64,000 nt of DNA from Dicyema japonicum (GCA_011109175.1 RDEW01000087.1:69211-133210); one strand, 5' to 3'. Shown: positions 22,791-36,362, counted from the stretch's first letter. Made by a program: numbers and translations. The notes: generated from the letters alone by a model not told the origin.

Positions 22791-24987
22791 CTGGTACTTT
22801 TGCAATACATGCTTCACGAAATAAGGCTCTAAATAAATTAATGAAAACATTAAAAATATTGAACAATGCAGAATTTGTAAATATTATTATAAATTTTTTT
22901 AAATAAAATGCGAGAAGGGTTATGGCTAAGACAAAAGATTGGAATGGCCATACTCCGAGAGAACTCGTTCGCGATCCACGCAGCAGGCATCCTTAACTGA
23001 CATTTGTTTAATTGTTAAAAAAATTATTTTGTTAAAAAAAAATTGCTAAATCTTTACGACTTACTGGTGATAAAACGATACCGACAAAGTCAAAGCTGAG
23101 CCATTAACAACCCCCTACCTAAAAAGAAACCGTAATGAGCTTCATATAGATAATCATTCCATTAACGAAAAAAGTTATTATTACAAAAATAAGTCACTTG
23201 TTTCTACGCAGCGTGATGTTCAGGACAATATCTAACGATCGCATCTATTAATTCATCGAATGAGTTTTCCAAATGGCTCACTTGCCTTCTCCACAAAAAT
23301 TCTACAAAATAACTCATAGTATTTAATACCTGCAAAATATAAACCCATGAAGTGAAGCGCGGTACTTCTTTGTCTTTTATTGCGGCATTTTGCGCTTCCC
23401 CACAATCTAAATTTTCCTATTTAATTTTTATGTGAACCTCTCAACAGTCTGCGTGTGTGCACCTGTCCTCGGGTATATAAAAGTTGATAAATCGTGCGGT
23501 TGCTCCATTCCATTGACGCCGACACCATAAATTGTTTGTCTGTCGAAGCTCCAGATATATATGAAACAAATACAGGTTTGTATCGAAACTGTCGTGCCTT
23601 CAAGCCACGTACCTAAAAATAAAGTACTCTCTTATTATACCGTTTCTGACAGATCCATAAGTTCGGCACCCGCTTTTATCGCACATCCATGTTGTATTCT
23701 CCCGCTGATGGAGAAAGGTCTTCAAATGTCTTTTAAGGCATTTCTTTTATTTCAGGAAGATTCCAACCTCCTGAAGGAAGGCAACTGACTTTATTTCAGA
23801 ATGTGGTAGTTCGTAGTCCTTCAGTTTTGAGAATTTTCGAATAACAACTATATCACTCATCTTCACAAGCCGGTAAAAAATTTAAAATTTTATTTTAAAA
23901 AATTTATAATAATATTTACAAATTCGGCATTGTTCATTTTTTTATTTTCTAATATTCAAAAAAATTTCATTAATTAATTTAGAACAGAGGTTGTCAAACG
24001 GTGTACCGCGGCACACTAAGTGTGCCGCAAGACAATTTCTTGTATGCCGCCTGCCAAATACGAATTTGAATAAATTTATATACATTTTTGACCTAATTAA
24101 TTTAAAAAAATAAACGAATTAAAATAATTACTAAAATTAAAATAATCATTTTTTTATTATACATTAAATGACATTTACATTGGTTAACCATTATTAATTA
24201 ATTTTTTAATAACGTGCGTATTAACGTGCTTATGGGTAAATCAGTTCGTCGTTTTTATAAAGATTCTTATTTGTCATTTGGATTTATATGCAAAGACAAA
24301 ACTAAACTACCTCAATGTCTAATTTGCATGGATTTTTGGAAAATGATGCTATGGTTTCTTGCAAACTAAAAAGACATTTTACTTCCAAGCATCCGGACTA
24401 TTCCGAAAAATCTGTGGATTATTTAATCCATTTGAAAAAAACAACTTAAGTATTATTTGGTTTTTACTATGAATCGTAGATCTAGTCAAATGATGTTCAG
24501 TGAAACTTTTTTAAACACAAAGGAATCATTGAAATGTTCATACCTGATCTCAGAAGTGATAGCAAAACAACTAAAACCTCACACTATTGGCGAAAACTTG
24601 ATAATCCCTGCTTGTCGTATTATTGCTCGGACTATGTTTGGTCATAAATATTAACAAAAAATAATAAAGATACCTTTGTCAGATAACACTGTTTCTTGTC
24701 GGATTTGTGCTGAAATGCGAGTGCCTTTGTTAACCATTCGACCTGATATTGATGATATATGCAAAAACAATAATAATTAAGAATTCATTTTTTTATTAAT
24801 AAAAATTTGGGCATTAAATTACCAATTTTTGTACTTAGTTTTACACATCTTAAAAAATTAATTTTTTTATTTTTTAATGTGTGCCGTGGATTATTTTTTT
24901 ACGATTAGTGTGCCGCGAGAATTATTTTTTGAAAAGCTCTGATTTAGAACCTTAATTCGTGAAGCATGTATTGAAAAAGAATCAGTT
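22790..24987 (-). mobile_element. Merlin/ISXO2 (IS1016-like) transposon deletion derivative with long TIRs
   Basis: Inverted repeats at ~22790-22910 vs ~23885-23984 plus 24950-24987 (right arm split by a hAT insertion). Minus strand reads WMCDKSGCRTYGSVRNG|TWLEGTTVSIQTCICFIYIWS (28-nt intron 23613-23640) and F.YP.TGAHTQTVE. TSD not recovered. Confidence 0.7.
23985..24941 (+). mobile_element. Non-autonomous hAT (Buster/Charlie-like) element
   Basis: TIRs CAGAGGTTGTCAAA / TTTGAAAAGCTCTG; perfect 8-bp TSD ATTTAGAA (23977-23984, 24942-24949); GTGTGCCGC subterminal motifs; transposase remnants PQCLIC...KLKRHF and KPHTIGENLIIPAC...IPLSDNTV. Confidence 0.9.
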
Positions 24988-25179
24988 GGTAAGTCACCCT
25001 TCTGAAGATCGCAGAAAGGTAAGGAAAGTCAAACGGTTCTCTTCCATGCAGAACTTGCACTGAGAGCCACCACAACAACAGGTAACCGCTTGACGCCACG
25101 TTATTTTTTTATTCACTACGGACAGTAGGTTTATAGGTGGACTCGTGATATTTATCGGAAACACTCCCATCCCTTCTAC

Positions 25180-25750
25180 GCGGACCTAGAAAATCCTTGG
25201 TGTAGTTTTCGATTCTCTGTTGACGTTCTCGAGTCACTGGAGGAGGTGCTCGCCATGGGTCTTCGGAAATGGAACATTCTGAATGCGATGATAAAGAAGA
25301 GCCCTTTCTTTTCGGCCGACTGCATCAGCAAGATCTATCAACAAGTAATCATACCGACCATTGAATATGCCTGCTCCGCCTGGAGGTTTTCGATTCCCCT
25401 TTCGAGAGTGGACCGTTTGAACTCCCTCAGGCGGAGAATTGTGCACCGCATGGACATCCCCATTGGCAACCATGAGGCAACGTTGAAAAATGGCCAGGGT
25501 TTCCTACGTTTCTGAAGGAACTGGGAATCCCATTAAAGGAAAAGGTGAGAGGAATTTCGGTCGGTAATAAAAAAGTGCACGCCGATCGAATTCTTTTGCA
25601 GAAGCAAAATAAGACGCTTCCGGAGTGCGGTTGGATCATCAAGAGACCAATTGAAGAGAGTCCGGATGTTGCTGGAAGCTGGGATTACCTAATTGTTAGT
25701 TTTGACCTATCTTTCCTGGTAGTCTTGGGGTTAAATAAATAAATAAAAAG
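25180..25750 (+). mobile_element. I/Jockey-like LINE 3' end
   Basis: IYQQVIIPTIEYACSAW; ends with TTGGGGTTAAATAAATAAATAAAA. Confidence 0.75.
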
Positions 25751-25849
25751 AACCAAAAACTCATTACTCACATTCTGAACAAAACTTTTGAGGAACACTC
25801 CAGAATTAACATCGGAATCGGAAAATTAATCTTTTTACAAAAAACGGAG

Positions 25850-26000
25850 ATTGAAATAGTTAAGCTAAGACCAATCATACTACTCAAAATTCTATCGCTA
25901 ATCGCTCTGGACAGAATTAATGCCCCACTACGTGGATTTATCGGAGCTAGCCAAAGTGGGTTTGTCTTTGGAAGATCAAATTCCGATGCCGTTTGGAGCC
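25850..26000 (+). mobile_element. RTE-clade RT fragment
   Basis: LRPIILLKILSLIALDRI...SQSGF..GRSNSDAVWS, homologous to 60737-61069. Confidence 0.65.
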
Positions 26001-26999
26001 ACTAATGGATGTGCTAAGGCATTTGACTGAATCAGCGAGTCAAGATGATACAATATTAACACCACTACTCGAAGAAGATTGCATCAGAATAATTCGTTAT
26101 CTTCCTCCATTCAACTATTTATCCAGCTCAGAAATCAAAAATCCAGTGTATTCGGAACAAACAAGGGCGTTGTTTTGCGGTGTATTTATTAATAGTAATG
26201 AAAATATTAGTATTTTGGAGACAAAATATCTTTTTAGTCACTAATTTTCTTGGGATTTTGTCAGGACGATTCAGAAATCTTGGCTCGTCCGGTGATTTCC
26301 AGGGCCTTTGAGCGTACCCACTGTTTTCCTTGAAAAATAACCATGCAATCCGGAGCTATATAAATTTCCCGATCAAAGCTTCACAAGCCCAAAACAAGGA
26401 TCGAAAAATTAAGACCAATTATTTTAATGAACACAATCCACAAAGTAGCATAGTTCAATATGGAATCAAAAGAATACTGAAGTGTATTTACCAACACACT
26501 ATATAGGATTCTGAAAAAAATTTGCGTTGGATGCTGTATAGAATTATAAATAGAGATACTCGACTGTAAAAAAAAGATTCAAATCGGCCGCAAAATTCAA
26601 AGTATTGATATATCAAGAGCCTTTGTTTATATTAATCACTGAAACTCATTAAGTGATTGAAAATTCCTATACTTTTCCATACCCAAGTGATTAGATTTTT
26701 CCTATCAGATTCGGTACGAAGAACTTGCTCTCATACAGTGCTCTCATAGAGTCTACGATTTGGAATTTAAGGAAACGGACTCAGAAATTGGGCTTTTTTC
26801 ACTTCACACGACAGAGACATTTTCATACAGATACTGAATATCAAACAAAACTGTATACGAAAGGATCAGTTGCTACGCAATTTTGATTAATTCACAAAAA
26901 TATGGTGGAGACTCTCTGGACATGTATTTATAATAGAACTGGAAGGTTCAACTAACGCTACCATAGATGACTTTTTTCTTCATTGGCCATTCTACAATT

Positions 27000-27120
27000 G
27001 ATCCTTGACCATGACCCCTAAAGTCTCCAAGATATAGGTTTCGTACATGACGATCAACAATCGTTATAACTTTATTGACCCGAGTACTGATGCCAATACA
27101 CAGAACATCTGATCTCATCA
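27000..27120 (+). mobile_element. Merlin/ISXO2 transposase C-terminal fragment
   Basis: YMTINNRYNFIDPSTDANTQNI resembles the TVNH..NFVDP.TGAHTQ.IE motif. Confidence 0.55.
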
Positions 27121-27149
27121 AAATTATTAATGTGGGTAGTGTTTATTTT

Positions 27150-28400
27150 TTTATTTATTTAACACCCAAGACCACGGTAAAACCAAAACTAACTATCACG
27201 TGATCCCGATGCTTCCCGCAAAAATCCTCATTCATTCCCGTGCTCTTCCGTCGTAATCACACAAGCTCGTACTGGGCGGCTGACTGTAATTGCAGGGCCA
27301 CCTTCCCACATGCCGGAGTTTTGTTTAATAAGGGCCTCTAGAGTAGTCAGTCCGGTTCTGTGTCTCCCACAAGATTACCGCTCCGTCATTCAGAAATCCT
27401 TCTTTTAAACGTCCTCGATTTTCTTAGTGTTCGTCCATGATAATGAAGGTCTCCAAGAAGCACACGCGTACGAGAAGCTTGGTTCGATGTATTGTTTGTA
27501 AATGTTCATCAAGACCGGGTGGGTATTTGTCTTCCATATTCCAGATAAACATTTTAATACATTGATTCTCTTCTCGTACTTCAGAACAATGTTTGCCACG
27601 TGTGGTGACAAACATAAGTGCGTATCCAATGTCACCCCCAGGATCTTCTGACATTTGCTGAGGGGGATTTCAACGTTGTCCAATTTTAACTTGACAGTCA
27701 TCTTCCCCAACCTTTTGTCCAACTAACATAGACGTGACCGACTTTCTGGAATTTATCGTGAGTTGAGTCTGTCCAGGTAAATTTGTAATCTTTCTGTAGC
27801 ATTTTGGATATCTCGATCACGCGAGGCCAAAACAATGTCGTCCGCATGAGAGTAGAACATCGTTATTTGATTTCGGTGTCGGGAAGTCGGCCAGGTATAA
27901 ATTAAATAAGGTGGGGGATAAAGGAGATCTTTGGGGGACACCATTTGGGAAAAGACGCGAGACTGATTTCAGTCCGCATACACGTCCTTTTCGTCCACTT
28001 AAGAATTTTGTTATCCAAAGTTTAAGCTTCCCCTAGATCTTGGACTGGAAAATTTTCTTTAATAATATTTTTCTCAAAATAGAATAAAAAGCCTTGTTAA
28101 TATCAATGGAACACAAGATTGTTTTCAAATGCCTGGTTTGTTTGAAAATCCATCTCTAATAAAGTTAGTTAATTTCTGTAGATACGTTGATGTAGAACAA
28201 TCTCTCTTGAATCCTTGTTAAATACTCAAAACCACTTTATCCAATCCTCCAAGATACGGTCTTATTTGAAATATAATAGCGTTCCATGGCTATGTTTAAT
28301 GAGAAAATCCATTCCAATTTCGAGTTTGACTTCAGTATTTCCCGGTTGGCATACAGCCATATTTCTTGAAATCGTAGTGAGTCAGACCGTCTTCTATCTC
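27150..28400 (-). mobile_element. I/Jockey-like LINE RT 3' portion
   Basis: GVPQRSPLSPTLFNLYL, HADDIV, KILGVTLD, YKQYIEPSFSYACASW and a TAAA tail. Confidence 0.8.
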
Positions 28401-28529
28401 TGACAGTTCAAGTGGAAAGATTATAGCTTATCTGTTTTTTTCTTTTCGGACATTGTATTGAAATGTATCCTTAATGATAAATCATCAGGCTGAATATATT
28501 GCGTCGTACTTCGAGTACATATTAACTGT

Positions 28530-28740
28530 CCGCGGAGAAATATCTAAATACCTGTGGATATGCCACCCAACTTGATATAGCTATCACACCTGGCGAAATC
28601 TCAAATGCAATTGTCAAACTTAAGAATGGTCTCTCTCCTGGACCGGATGGAATCAATTCAGAAATTCTCAAATACGGACCACCAACACTAGCAGACAGAC
28701 TGGCAGAACTACTCAACTCTATGTTTATAAAAATTGAATA
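28530..28740 (+). mobile_element. RTE-clade RT N-terminal fragment
   Basis: ITPGEISNAIVKLKNGLSPGPDGINSEILKYG. Confidence 0.7.
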
Positions 28741-29086
28741 CTCGGTTTTGGATCCGGAATATTCATTTTAATACAAAAACCTAACAAGTATGCTGGACTA
28801 TTAATTTTAATACAAAAACCTAACAAGCATGCTGGACCTGTTGAAAATCAAGTCCAATAATATTGCTAAACACCTTACGGAAACTTCTGGCATTAATTAC
28901 GCTGAATCGAATAGGAGAACAAATGTAAAACTATATATCCCCTAGTCTCAGTGGATTCAGGACTGGAAGATCCACTGCGGATGTAGTATGTGCTAACACG
29001 AAACTCAGAGTACGGGTCTGTAAAAAGTTATCGAGTTAATTTACGTTCAATGTTGGTACTCCCTATGGAGATTCCCTCTCGCCCCT

Positions 29087-29694
29087 AATAATTCATTCTT
29101 TGATCTTTTTGATGATATTATGATAATTGATAAACAATTGATTAATAAACATTCTTTTTATTATTGTCAAATTATTTTTTCTCATATTTTTCTCAATATT
29201 TCTTGTTTAAGAATTAAAATATTTAATAGTGAAGAAAATATTGGATTTTTCATAATTGGTTATTTATTTATATATTTTAGGGTCATTTTGCATTAATTCC
29301 ACTAGTGAAACAACAGTTTTTCCAGATATTACTAGAACTAAAATTAAAACTGTCAACTCAAGTGATAACTCCAAATATTATTAGAACTGAAATTAAAAAT
29401 GAGTCAACTCAAGTGATAACTCCAAATATTATTATAACTGAAATTAAAACTGTGTCAACTCAATTGATAACTCCAAATATTATTATAACTGAAATTAATA
29501 CCAAGTCAACTCCAAAAATGATAACTCCATATAATAATACTCTATTTAAAAGTAAGTCATCTATTCGAACAGTGATAATCGTCAGTATTATTATAATACT
29601 TATTATAATCATTGCCATTGCCATTGCTTATTACTACATGAGGTTGAGAAACAGACCTGTCGAGAGTAGTAGATCAATATTACTTAACTTTTAA
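29087..29694 (+). pseudogene. Orphan membrane protein family, copy 4 (5'-truncated, longest stalk)
   Basis: NNSFFDLFDD...FYYCQ...NISCLRIK, conserved second tiny intron, three STQVITPNII-type repeats, TM segment, and tail RLRNRPVESSRSILLNF*. Confidence 0.8.
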
Positions 29695-29899
29695 TTTTAA
29701 AACTTTTCACGGATTCTATATTTTGTCTTTCTCTTTGTTGGTTAGTTTATAACAATTATATTCACTATTAAACCAGTAATTTGTGGCAATACAAACAATA
29801 AGAAAAGTAACAAAACCAGTCTCTTAATTATGTAAGAAAAGCAGGCGCTAAATTAATTTTTCAATTGTAAATCACAGCGACACGATGATAGATAGTACC

Positions 29900-30090
29900 T
29901 AAAACTTTGAGAAATGGTCTTGGGCTCTAAGACGAAGAATGTTTTCATCTCCTTGTGGAATTTGCAATCGTTCCATATGAGACCAGTCCAAAATGGAGTG
30001 TTGGTAAACGATAGTTCATTTATCAACCTCAAATTGAGAGAGCTTGGAAACCCCCATTTATCGAGTCGACAGTGGATAATAGCCATATAA
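29900..30090 (+). pseudogene. Orphan 'gene B' fragment, copy 2
   Basis: LGSKTKNVFISLWNLQSFHMRPVQNGVLVNDSSFINLKLRELGNPHLSSRQWIIAI*, homologous to 14370-14612. Confidence 0.55.
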
Positions 30091-30166
30091 ATTGATCAAA
30101 CGTCCAAAACATGATTATCGCTCACCATCCACTATACGAACAAGATAGAGCTGGAAAACTAATCAC

Positions 30167-32281
30167 TAGGGGTGAAATATTAGATCATTTTTTAGGACAT
30201 TTTAAAAACAAAATGGTACAATTAGGACATCTTGATAAAAAAATAAAAAAAATAATTTAAAGACAATAAACATGGAAATTACGAAAAATGTGTTTTGTTA
30301 GAGATTATTATAATTAACTAAATCAAAAAAATCAATTGTAATTAAGTAACACTATTCAAGCTGAATTCTTTTCCTCATTGGGCATTGTCCCTTTGTATCA
30401 CCCTCACTGTTCTCCTCGTATACCACTTCTAAAAGCAAATCACTAGACAAGACCAGCTGTTCTCTTGGTTCCTTTTCTACGTCACCTCCGAGTTCAGAGC
30501 CTCATGAGAAAAGATGATTAGTCACTCTTGCAACCTCATCATCATAGTTATCAACTTTCAGCTCATGTCTATGCTCGATTGTCATGCTCTCTAAAGTTTT
30601 TTTATTCGTCAATGATTGGATGTACGCTTTTGTGAAGACATCCACGATGAGTCTTTCCATATAGGACTTGTGTACTTTGTTATACTCCATCTTCTGTCAA
30701 AACAATCGGAATTATTGTCACCTTGACCTTGTTGATTTGTGTTAGTTCTCCTGCCAGAAGGTCGTATTTGTGAAGTTTTTCCACTTAAACATGTTTTATC
30801 AATTCTTGGAATGTGATCCCTACTTTTATTAGTATTATTTCGTTTTTGAATTTATTGTGTACGAAATTATCAGATTTGTTATTTTTCACTTGTGTATCTT
30901 TCTGTAGTGTTATCTCGACTAGTATTTTAACTTTACTGTTCGAAATAATCAATTGTACTGTATGCGTCCTTACCATCTTGGTTCTTTTAATTCCAAATTG
31001 ACGATAGGTGTATACTTCTTACAACTTCGTTATGTCGCCGCATGTACGCACCGCTAAGCATCTTGGTACACCGTGTAGTAAAGTTATTTAGACTTTTTTG
31101 GCCATACCACAATGACTGCAATTTGCTTTCATCTTTTCAAAGAACAGATTCCGGTCCTGTATCATGGAGTACATTACTTCCGACCTTGGACTATTGTTTG
31201 CCTCAGTAAGCCATTCTGTTGATATATTGACATAGACATTCGTAATGTCAAAACACTGAATGAAGCAATTTCTGATTAGTCTTTTCCAAATAATTCTTCT
31301 TTTGATATTCCTTTATGATATCAGTGTTCAAATTAAATCATCCACAGGGTTTTTGAGTGCAAAAAATCTGTATTCATTTGTTTTAAGACCCGCAAGATTT
31401 ATGTCCTTCAAAGACACATGGAAAATCAATTTTTACATGATTTCACAATGTACAAAGTATCTGTTTTACGAATTTTCCCGACAATTAAATTTAAAATCAT
31501 TTTACCGTTAATGTTGCATTCATCTATAATTGTTTGTTAAAAAGTATTTTCTGTAGTTTTATAATATGAAGATCATGGTTTATGATTATTATTTTCGGAT
31601 TGTTGTAACAGACGGGATATTATTATTTAGTTTAAGAAATATCTTTTTTATATAACTATTCCCTTATTTTTGAAGTGCAATATCGACATTTAAAAATGCT
31701 TTAACCAAAAGGATATTGGTTTTCTTCGTTATCTTAAGTAAGAAAATGTTAAATGGTCTCTACATTTAGTAATTAATCTGATGTCTTTTTTTATTAAGAT
31801 GAAGTTCAGTGTAGTATTGTTAAATGATTTTACTATTTTTGAATATTTTTTGCGAAATAAATCTCCTATAGGTGTTCTTGTGAATATGTTTGAGTTTTTG
31901 AAATTGCTTTTGAAATTCGTCCCTTATTTTTTGTTGAGTTCTAATAGTTTTAATAATGCAGAAAATGGAAACCTGTAAATAAATGAAGACTGATAATACA
32001 TAAAAAACAAATTATAAGATGTAAATTAAATGAAATGGACAAAAACTAAAAAATAATTATAATAAATATGTACTATTTTAGGACAATTTCATCTTTGAAA
32101 TACGACATAAATGAAGACTGCAAATACATAAAAAACAAATTATAAGATGTAAATTAAATGAAATGGACAAAAACTAAAAAATAATTATAATAATTATGTT
32201 CTATTTTAGGACAATTTTATCTTTGAAATACGACAAATAAAACATTGTCCTATTTTTTTCTAATAGGACAATTTCGCCCAA
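30167..32281. mobile_element. hAT-like non-autonomous insertion interrupting the duplicated cassette
   Basis: Ends TAGGGGTGAAAT / ATTTCGCCCAA; 8-bp TSD CTAATCAC/CTAATCAA (7/8 match); repeated TAGGACA subterminal motifs; 128-bp tandem duplication at 31981-32236. The flanks rejoin to match the uninterrupted site at ~14680. Confidence 0.7.
30390..31260 (-). mobile_element. R4/Dong-like REL non-LTR retrotransposon 3' fragment nested in the hAT-like element
   Basis: CSHCG...TRCTKML..YMRRHNEVVR.IHL, then VGITFQE, EKLHKYDLLA, IIPIVLT.DG and YIQS..KKTLES. Confidence 0.7.
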
Positions 32282-32589
32282 CTAATCAAACTGCCTCATC
32301 ATCCAGCAGGTTGCTAATTTCATTTATTTTAATTACAATTTTTTTGACTGTTCGTCGTTACCTAAAAGGAGGATAGGATATGATCGTTCAAATATAATAG
32401 ATTTAAAAAGAGTATTAAGAATATAATTAATCCAAGTTTTACTTTATGGAATATGTCTAATTGTCATAATTTATATGCACATGCTTATTATTAAGCACTC
32501 TTACTCTCACATTTTAATGACAAAACATGTTCATATCGTAGAACTAGTTATCTTATTTCACGTTATTCTGTCATTAGCAATCTCCCAAT

Positions 32590-34075
32590 GAACACTCAAG
32601 AAACACTGAATGCAATTAAAAAAGTGAAAGATGAAAGATCGACTGTACCATAGAATATCATAGCCGAACTTATAAAGTATCCCCCAATGAAGTTGGTAAC
32701 AATCATTACCAATATACTTAACGAAATATTTGAAGAAAAAACTACGTTAGACATTGACAAGGGTTGGTTAATTCCACTGCAAAAACAGGGAAAACCCAAA
32801 GGTTTCCGTTCCAACCTATAACCAATCATCCTACTAACTACGCTGCGAATAATCTTGTCAATCATTACATTGGAAAAAATAAAAAACAAATTAATGTATT
32901 TTCTGTCACCAGGACAAAGTGGTTTCTGGTCAGGCAGATCCACTGCCGATGTCATTTAAACAGACAGATGGTCAAGTGCTCTATGCCAAAAATATAAAAA
33001 GTGCATAGATGTTTCCATAAACATGTTTAGAGCGTTTGATTCAGTTCATAGATGCAAACTTCTCGAAGTACTCACAAGTATCCTAGCAACGGATGATGTA
33101 AAAATTATACAAAAACTACTGCGAATACGCAAATAATAACCAAACTCGAAATAACTACTTTAGAATTCTTTTATACTTAACAAGGAATTCCGCAAGGAAA
33201 ATCTTTGTCATCAGTTCTATTCATAGTCTATCTGGAGGCTGCACTGAGAGATTTCAGGGCTTTAATTGAGAACAACAAAATAATCGAGTTAATATATGCA
33301 GACGATCTTGACTTTGTTTCTGAAGATGTTGAGATTCTTCATCACGTTCTCAAGAACTTACCAAATGCCTTTTCTAAATGGTTCTTAGTTGTCAACCAAA
33401 ACAAAACTGAATATACAAAACTTTTACGAGTTATACGCACTTACGATGAATCGTGGAGAAGGCATAAAAAAGTTACTTCACTACTTGTAGACTCAGAAGA
33501 TACTACCCACAGAAAAATCCTTTACACTGCTGCTTATAAAAAATTCTTAACTATCTGGCGTTCTAAGAAGAGCATAACTACGAATACAAAGCTAAACTGT
33601 ATAAAACATTAGTGGTTCCAGTCCTGACATACAACTGTGGGACATGGGGGACTACGAAAAGGAAAATGGACAATCTCGATCAATTTCAGAGAAATCAACT
33701 AAGAAACATCTTGAGAATACATTCCCCGAAAAAGATATCAAATTCAGAACTGTACAAAAGATGTGGCTTAAGGCCATTATCAGAGGAGATTCTCAAGGCT
33801 AGGACGAGACTTTTTGGTCACATCTTACGAATGGATATGGTGATTCCACCTAACATAACAATGGAGAAGTATTTCGCACAACTGAAGGGATCATTCCATG
33901 GCAGGCCTAGAGTGACGTTGCCTTCAGTACTAAATAAATGACCTAATCCGAATTAACAAAACTCTACGAAATGGTAGATCTTGACTCACTACGTGCAATG
34001 GCCCGGAACAGGGTTCATGGAAGAGGATGTGTGGGAGGATATTGACGTGGCACATGGGAACTTAATTAATCTAAT
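32590..34075 (+). mobile_element. RTE-clade LINE, RT through 3' end, multiply frameshifted
   Basis: AFDSVHR.KLL, GIPQG.SLSSVLFIVYLEAALR, IYADDLDFVSE, RLFGHILRM and GRPRVTLP. Confidence 0.85.
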
Positions 34076-34210
34076 TAATTTTTGATTTCCCGGGAATGCT
34101 TAAAAAAAGGAAAAAAAAGACTTGAATTCTCCTATTATAAAAGGATGAATAATAAGATGGAACTGCATCGATCGTAATATGAATTTAACATTGGAGATAG
34201 CGTATTCAAT

Positions 34211-34370
34211 TTATAATTACTTAAAAGGTTCGTATTCAGAAGGACTATGAACTAATCATTCACTTATAATTACTTAAAAGTTTTGTATTCAGAAGGACTA
34301 TGAACTAATCATTCACTTATTATTACTTAAAAGGTTCGTATTCAGAAGGACTATGGAACTAATCATTCAC
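34211..34370. repeat. Tandem repeat, 53 bp x 3
   Basis: Unit TTATAATTACTTAAAAGGTTCGTATTCAGAAGGACTATGAACTAATCATTCAC at 34211, 34264 and 34317. Confidence 0.95.
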
Positions 34371-34863
34371 AAGGTTTGAGTATCCCTATGGAGATGCTGT
34401 CACTATTGTTGCAAAATTGTCCAAAAATTTTGTCAATGTTAAAGATAGTGAGGGAATAGTGAAGAAGGTACATTCTAAACGCCTTAAAAATAAAATTATC
34501 AATAATTAGTTATTGTTTGATTTGAAATAATTGATTATTTACTTTTTTGACAATGATTGACATTGATTTGAGCTGTCAAAGGTAACGTCTGTGGCTCGTG
34601 ACATATTACGTTAGAAAAATCTTTCCCACTGAGATGTTAATATGTGAATGAGAAGATGGAACTATTATTAAAAAAATAGAAGAGACTTGGTTAATTTAGA
34701 TACAAAATAAATGATTTTTTATAAAAGACAATTATTTAATAAAGAAACGAATAATTCCGTATGTATTAAATTTCATTAAACATACTCAAATAGCAAAGTT
34801 TGATGAGTTGTACCTTTTTAGAAGATTCTATATGGATTTGATCCGTCTTATTTTAAAAAATTA

Positions 34864-35081
34864 AGACAGATAATTCTTGGACATTACCTTCTTTATATCT
34901 GACAAATAATACATATTACTATAAGCTATCAAACATGATGAACCAATTAAATATAATCACACATAAACTAATAGACAGATGATTCTTGGACATTTCCTTC
35001 TTTATATCTGACAAATAATAGATATTACTATAGGCTATAAAACATGGTGAACCAATTAACTACAATCATACATAAACTAAT
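34864..35081. repeat. Diverged tandem duplication, 109 bp x 2
   Basis: AGACAGAT...ATAAACTAAT starting at 34864 and 34973, with multiple substitutions. Confidence 0.85.
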
Positions 35082-35604
35082 CTTATTACTGGACTTCAAT
35101 ATCACCATTCGGCATGAGAGATCAGATTTTTTAGTCAGCATTTCACTTCAATTTTTAATAATCCGGATATGTCTAAATTATGTAGTTCCCACGGTCGGAG
35201 TGGGACGCGTACTTATTCAGCATCCCATCTAATCATATCCGCCATTGTGACAACCCCTTAACTAAGATGGAAGATGCGAGTATGTCAGGTACTATGAATT
35301 TTCTTGAGTTTAATAAGTTCCATGACACTTCCCCTAACCTTTAGTTTATCGATTCTTATTAGTTCTTAATAGAGTTAAGAAGTTATGATAATTTACAATG
35401 TGTTATCACATCAACAATTGACCTGATTAGTAACATAACTCTAAATCATAAGAAATATTATATTTTGTGAATTCAATTAAAGTCTTTTAAAATTAGAAGT
35501 ATCATCATTGCAATAAATAATGATGTTACAAAATAACACACGTTGTTCTCTAATTTGATTTTTTCATCAAAAGTAAGGTAACTATAGATTCCATGAGTAG
35601 CATT

Positions 35605-36135
35605 CTTTTATTTAACAACCCAAGACCACTGAAAACCAAATAATTATCACGTAATTACGATACATTTTAACAGCGACCTATCTTTGCCCGGTGTTCTTCC
35701 TTCGTGCTCGCGCATGAATGTACATAACTGATTGATTTTTCAGGGCCAACTACCCGTGATTTCGAGTCTAGTCTAATAGGCTCCTCCAGAGGGTGTCGGC
35801 CCGGATCGGTGATCTCCACAAATCCGACGCTCTGTTACTATGAAGCACTCTTTTGCATTTCCTCGATTTTCCTCATAATTGTTCTAGATATGGAGGTCTC
35901 ACGAGGCGCATACATATGAGAAACATGTCTTTATGTACTGTGTGTACAAGTTCATCAAGATCGGATGAGAACCACTTCTCAATATTTCCAATAAACTTTT
36001 CAATATGTTCAGTTTATTCTCGCATTTCAAACGGATACTTTCTACGTGTAGTGTCAGACAAAAAAGGCACTTCAAGTGTCACACCCACGATCAATTGTCA
36101 TCTGTTGAAAAAAATGTCGACCTTGTTTAACTAAA
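35605..36135 (-). mobile_element. I/Jockey-like LINE 3' end
   Basis: Homologous to 27150-27722 (HPILMNLYTQYI); TAAA tail. Confidence 0.7.
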
Positions 36136-36362
36136 AGACATAAATCATTGAAAGACGTACCAATAAAATATTATTTTTTCCAATTTGTTTAAAAACTAAA
36201 TTAAAAATAATGGCCAAGTAATAATTGAATAGGATTTTTTTAGAAAATTTAAAAAAAAGTGGACAATTTAAAGATATGCCATTGCGAGGGTTTACTGTTT
36301 ACGGTTATTTTAACATTACTTACCCAATTTTAATCACAAGATAAAAAATTAAAAATAAAATA

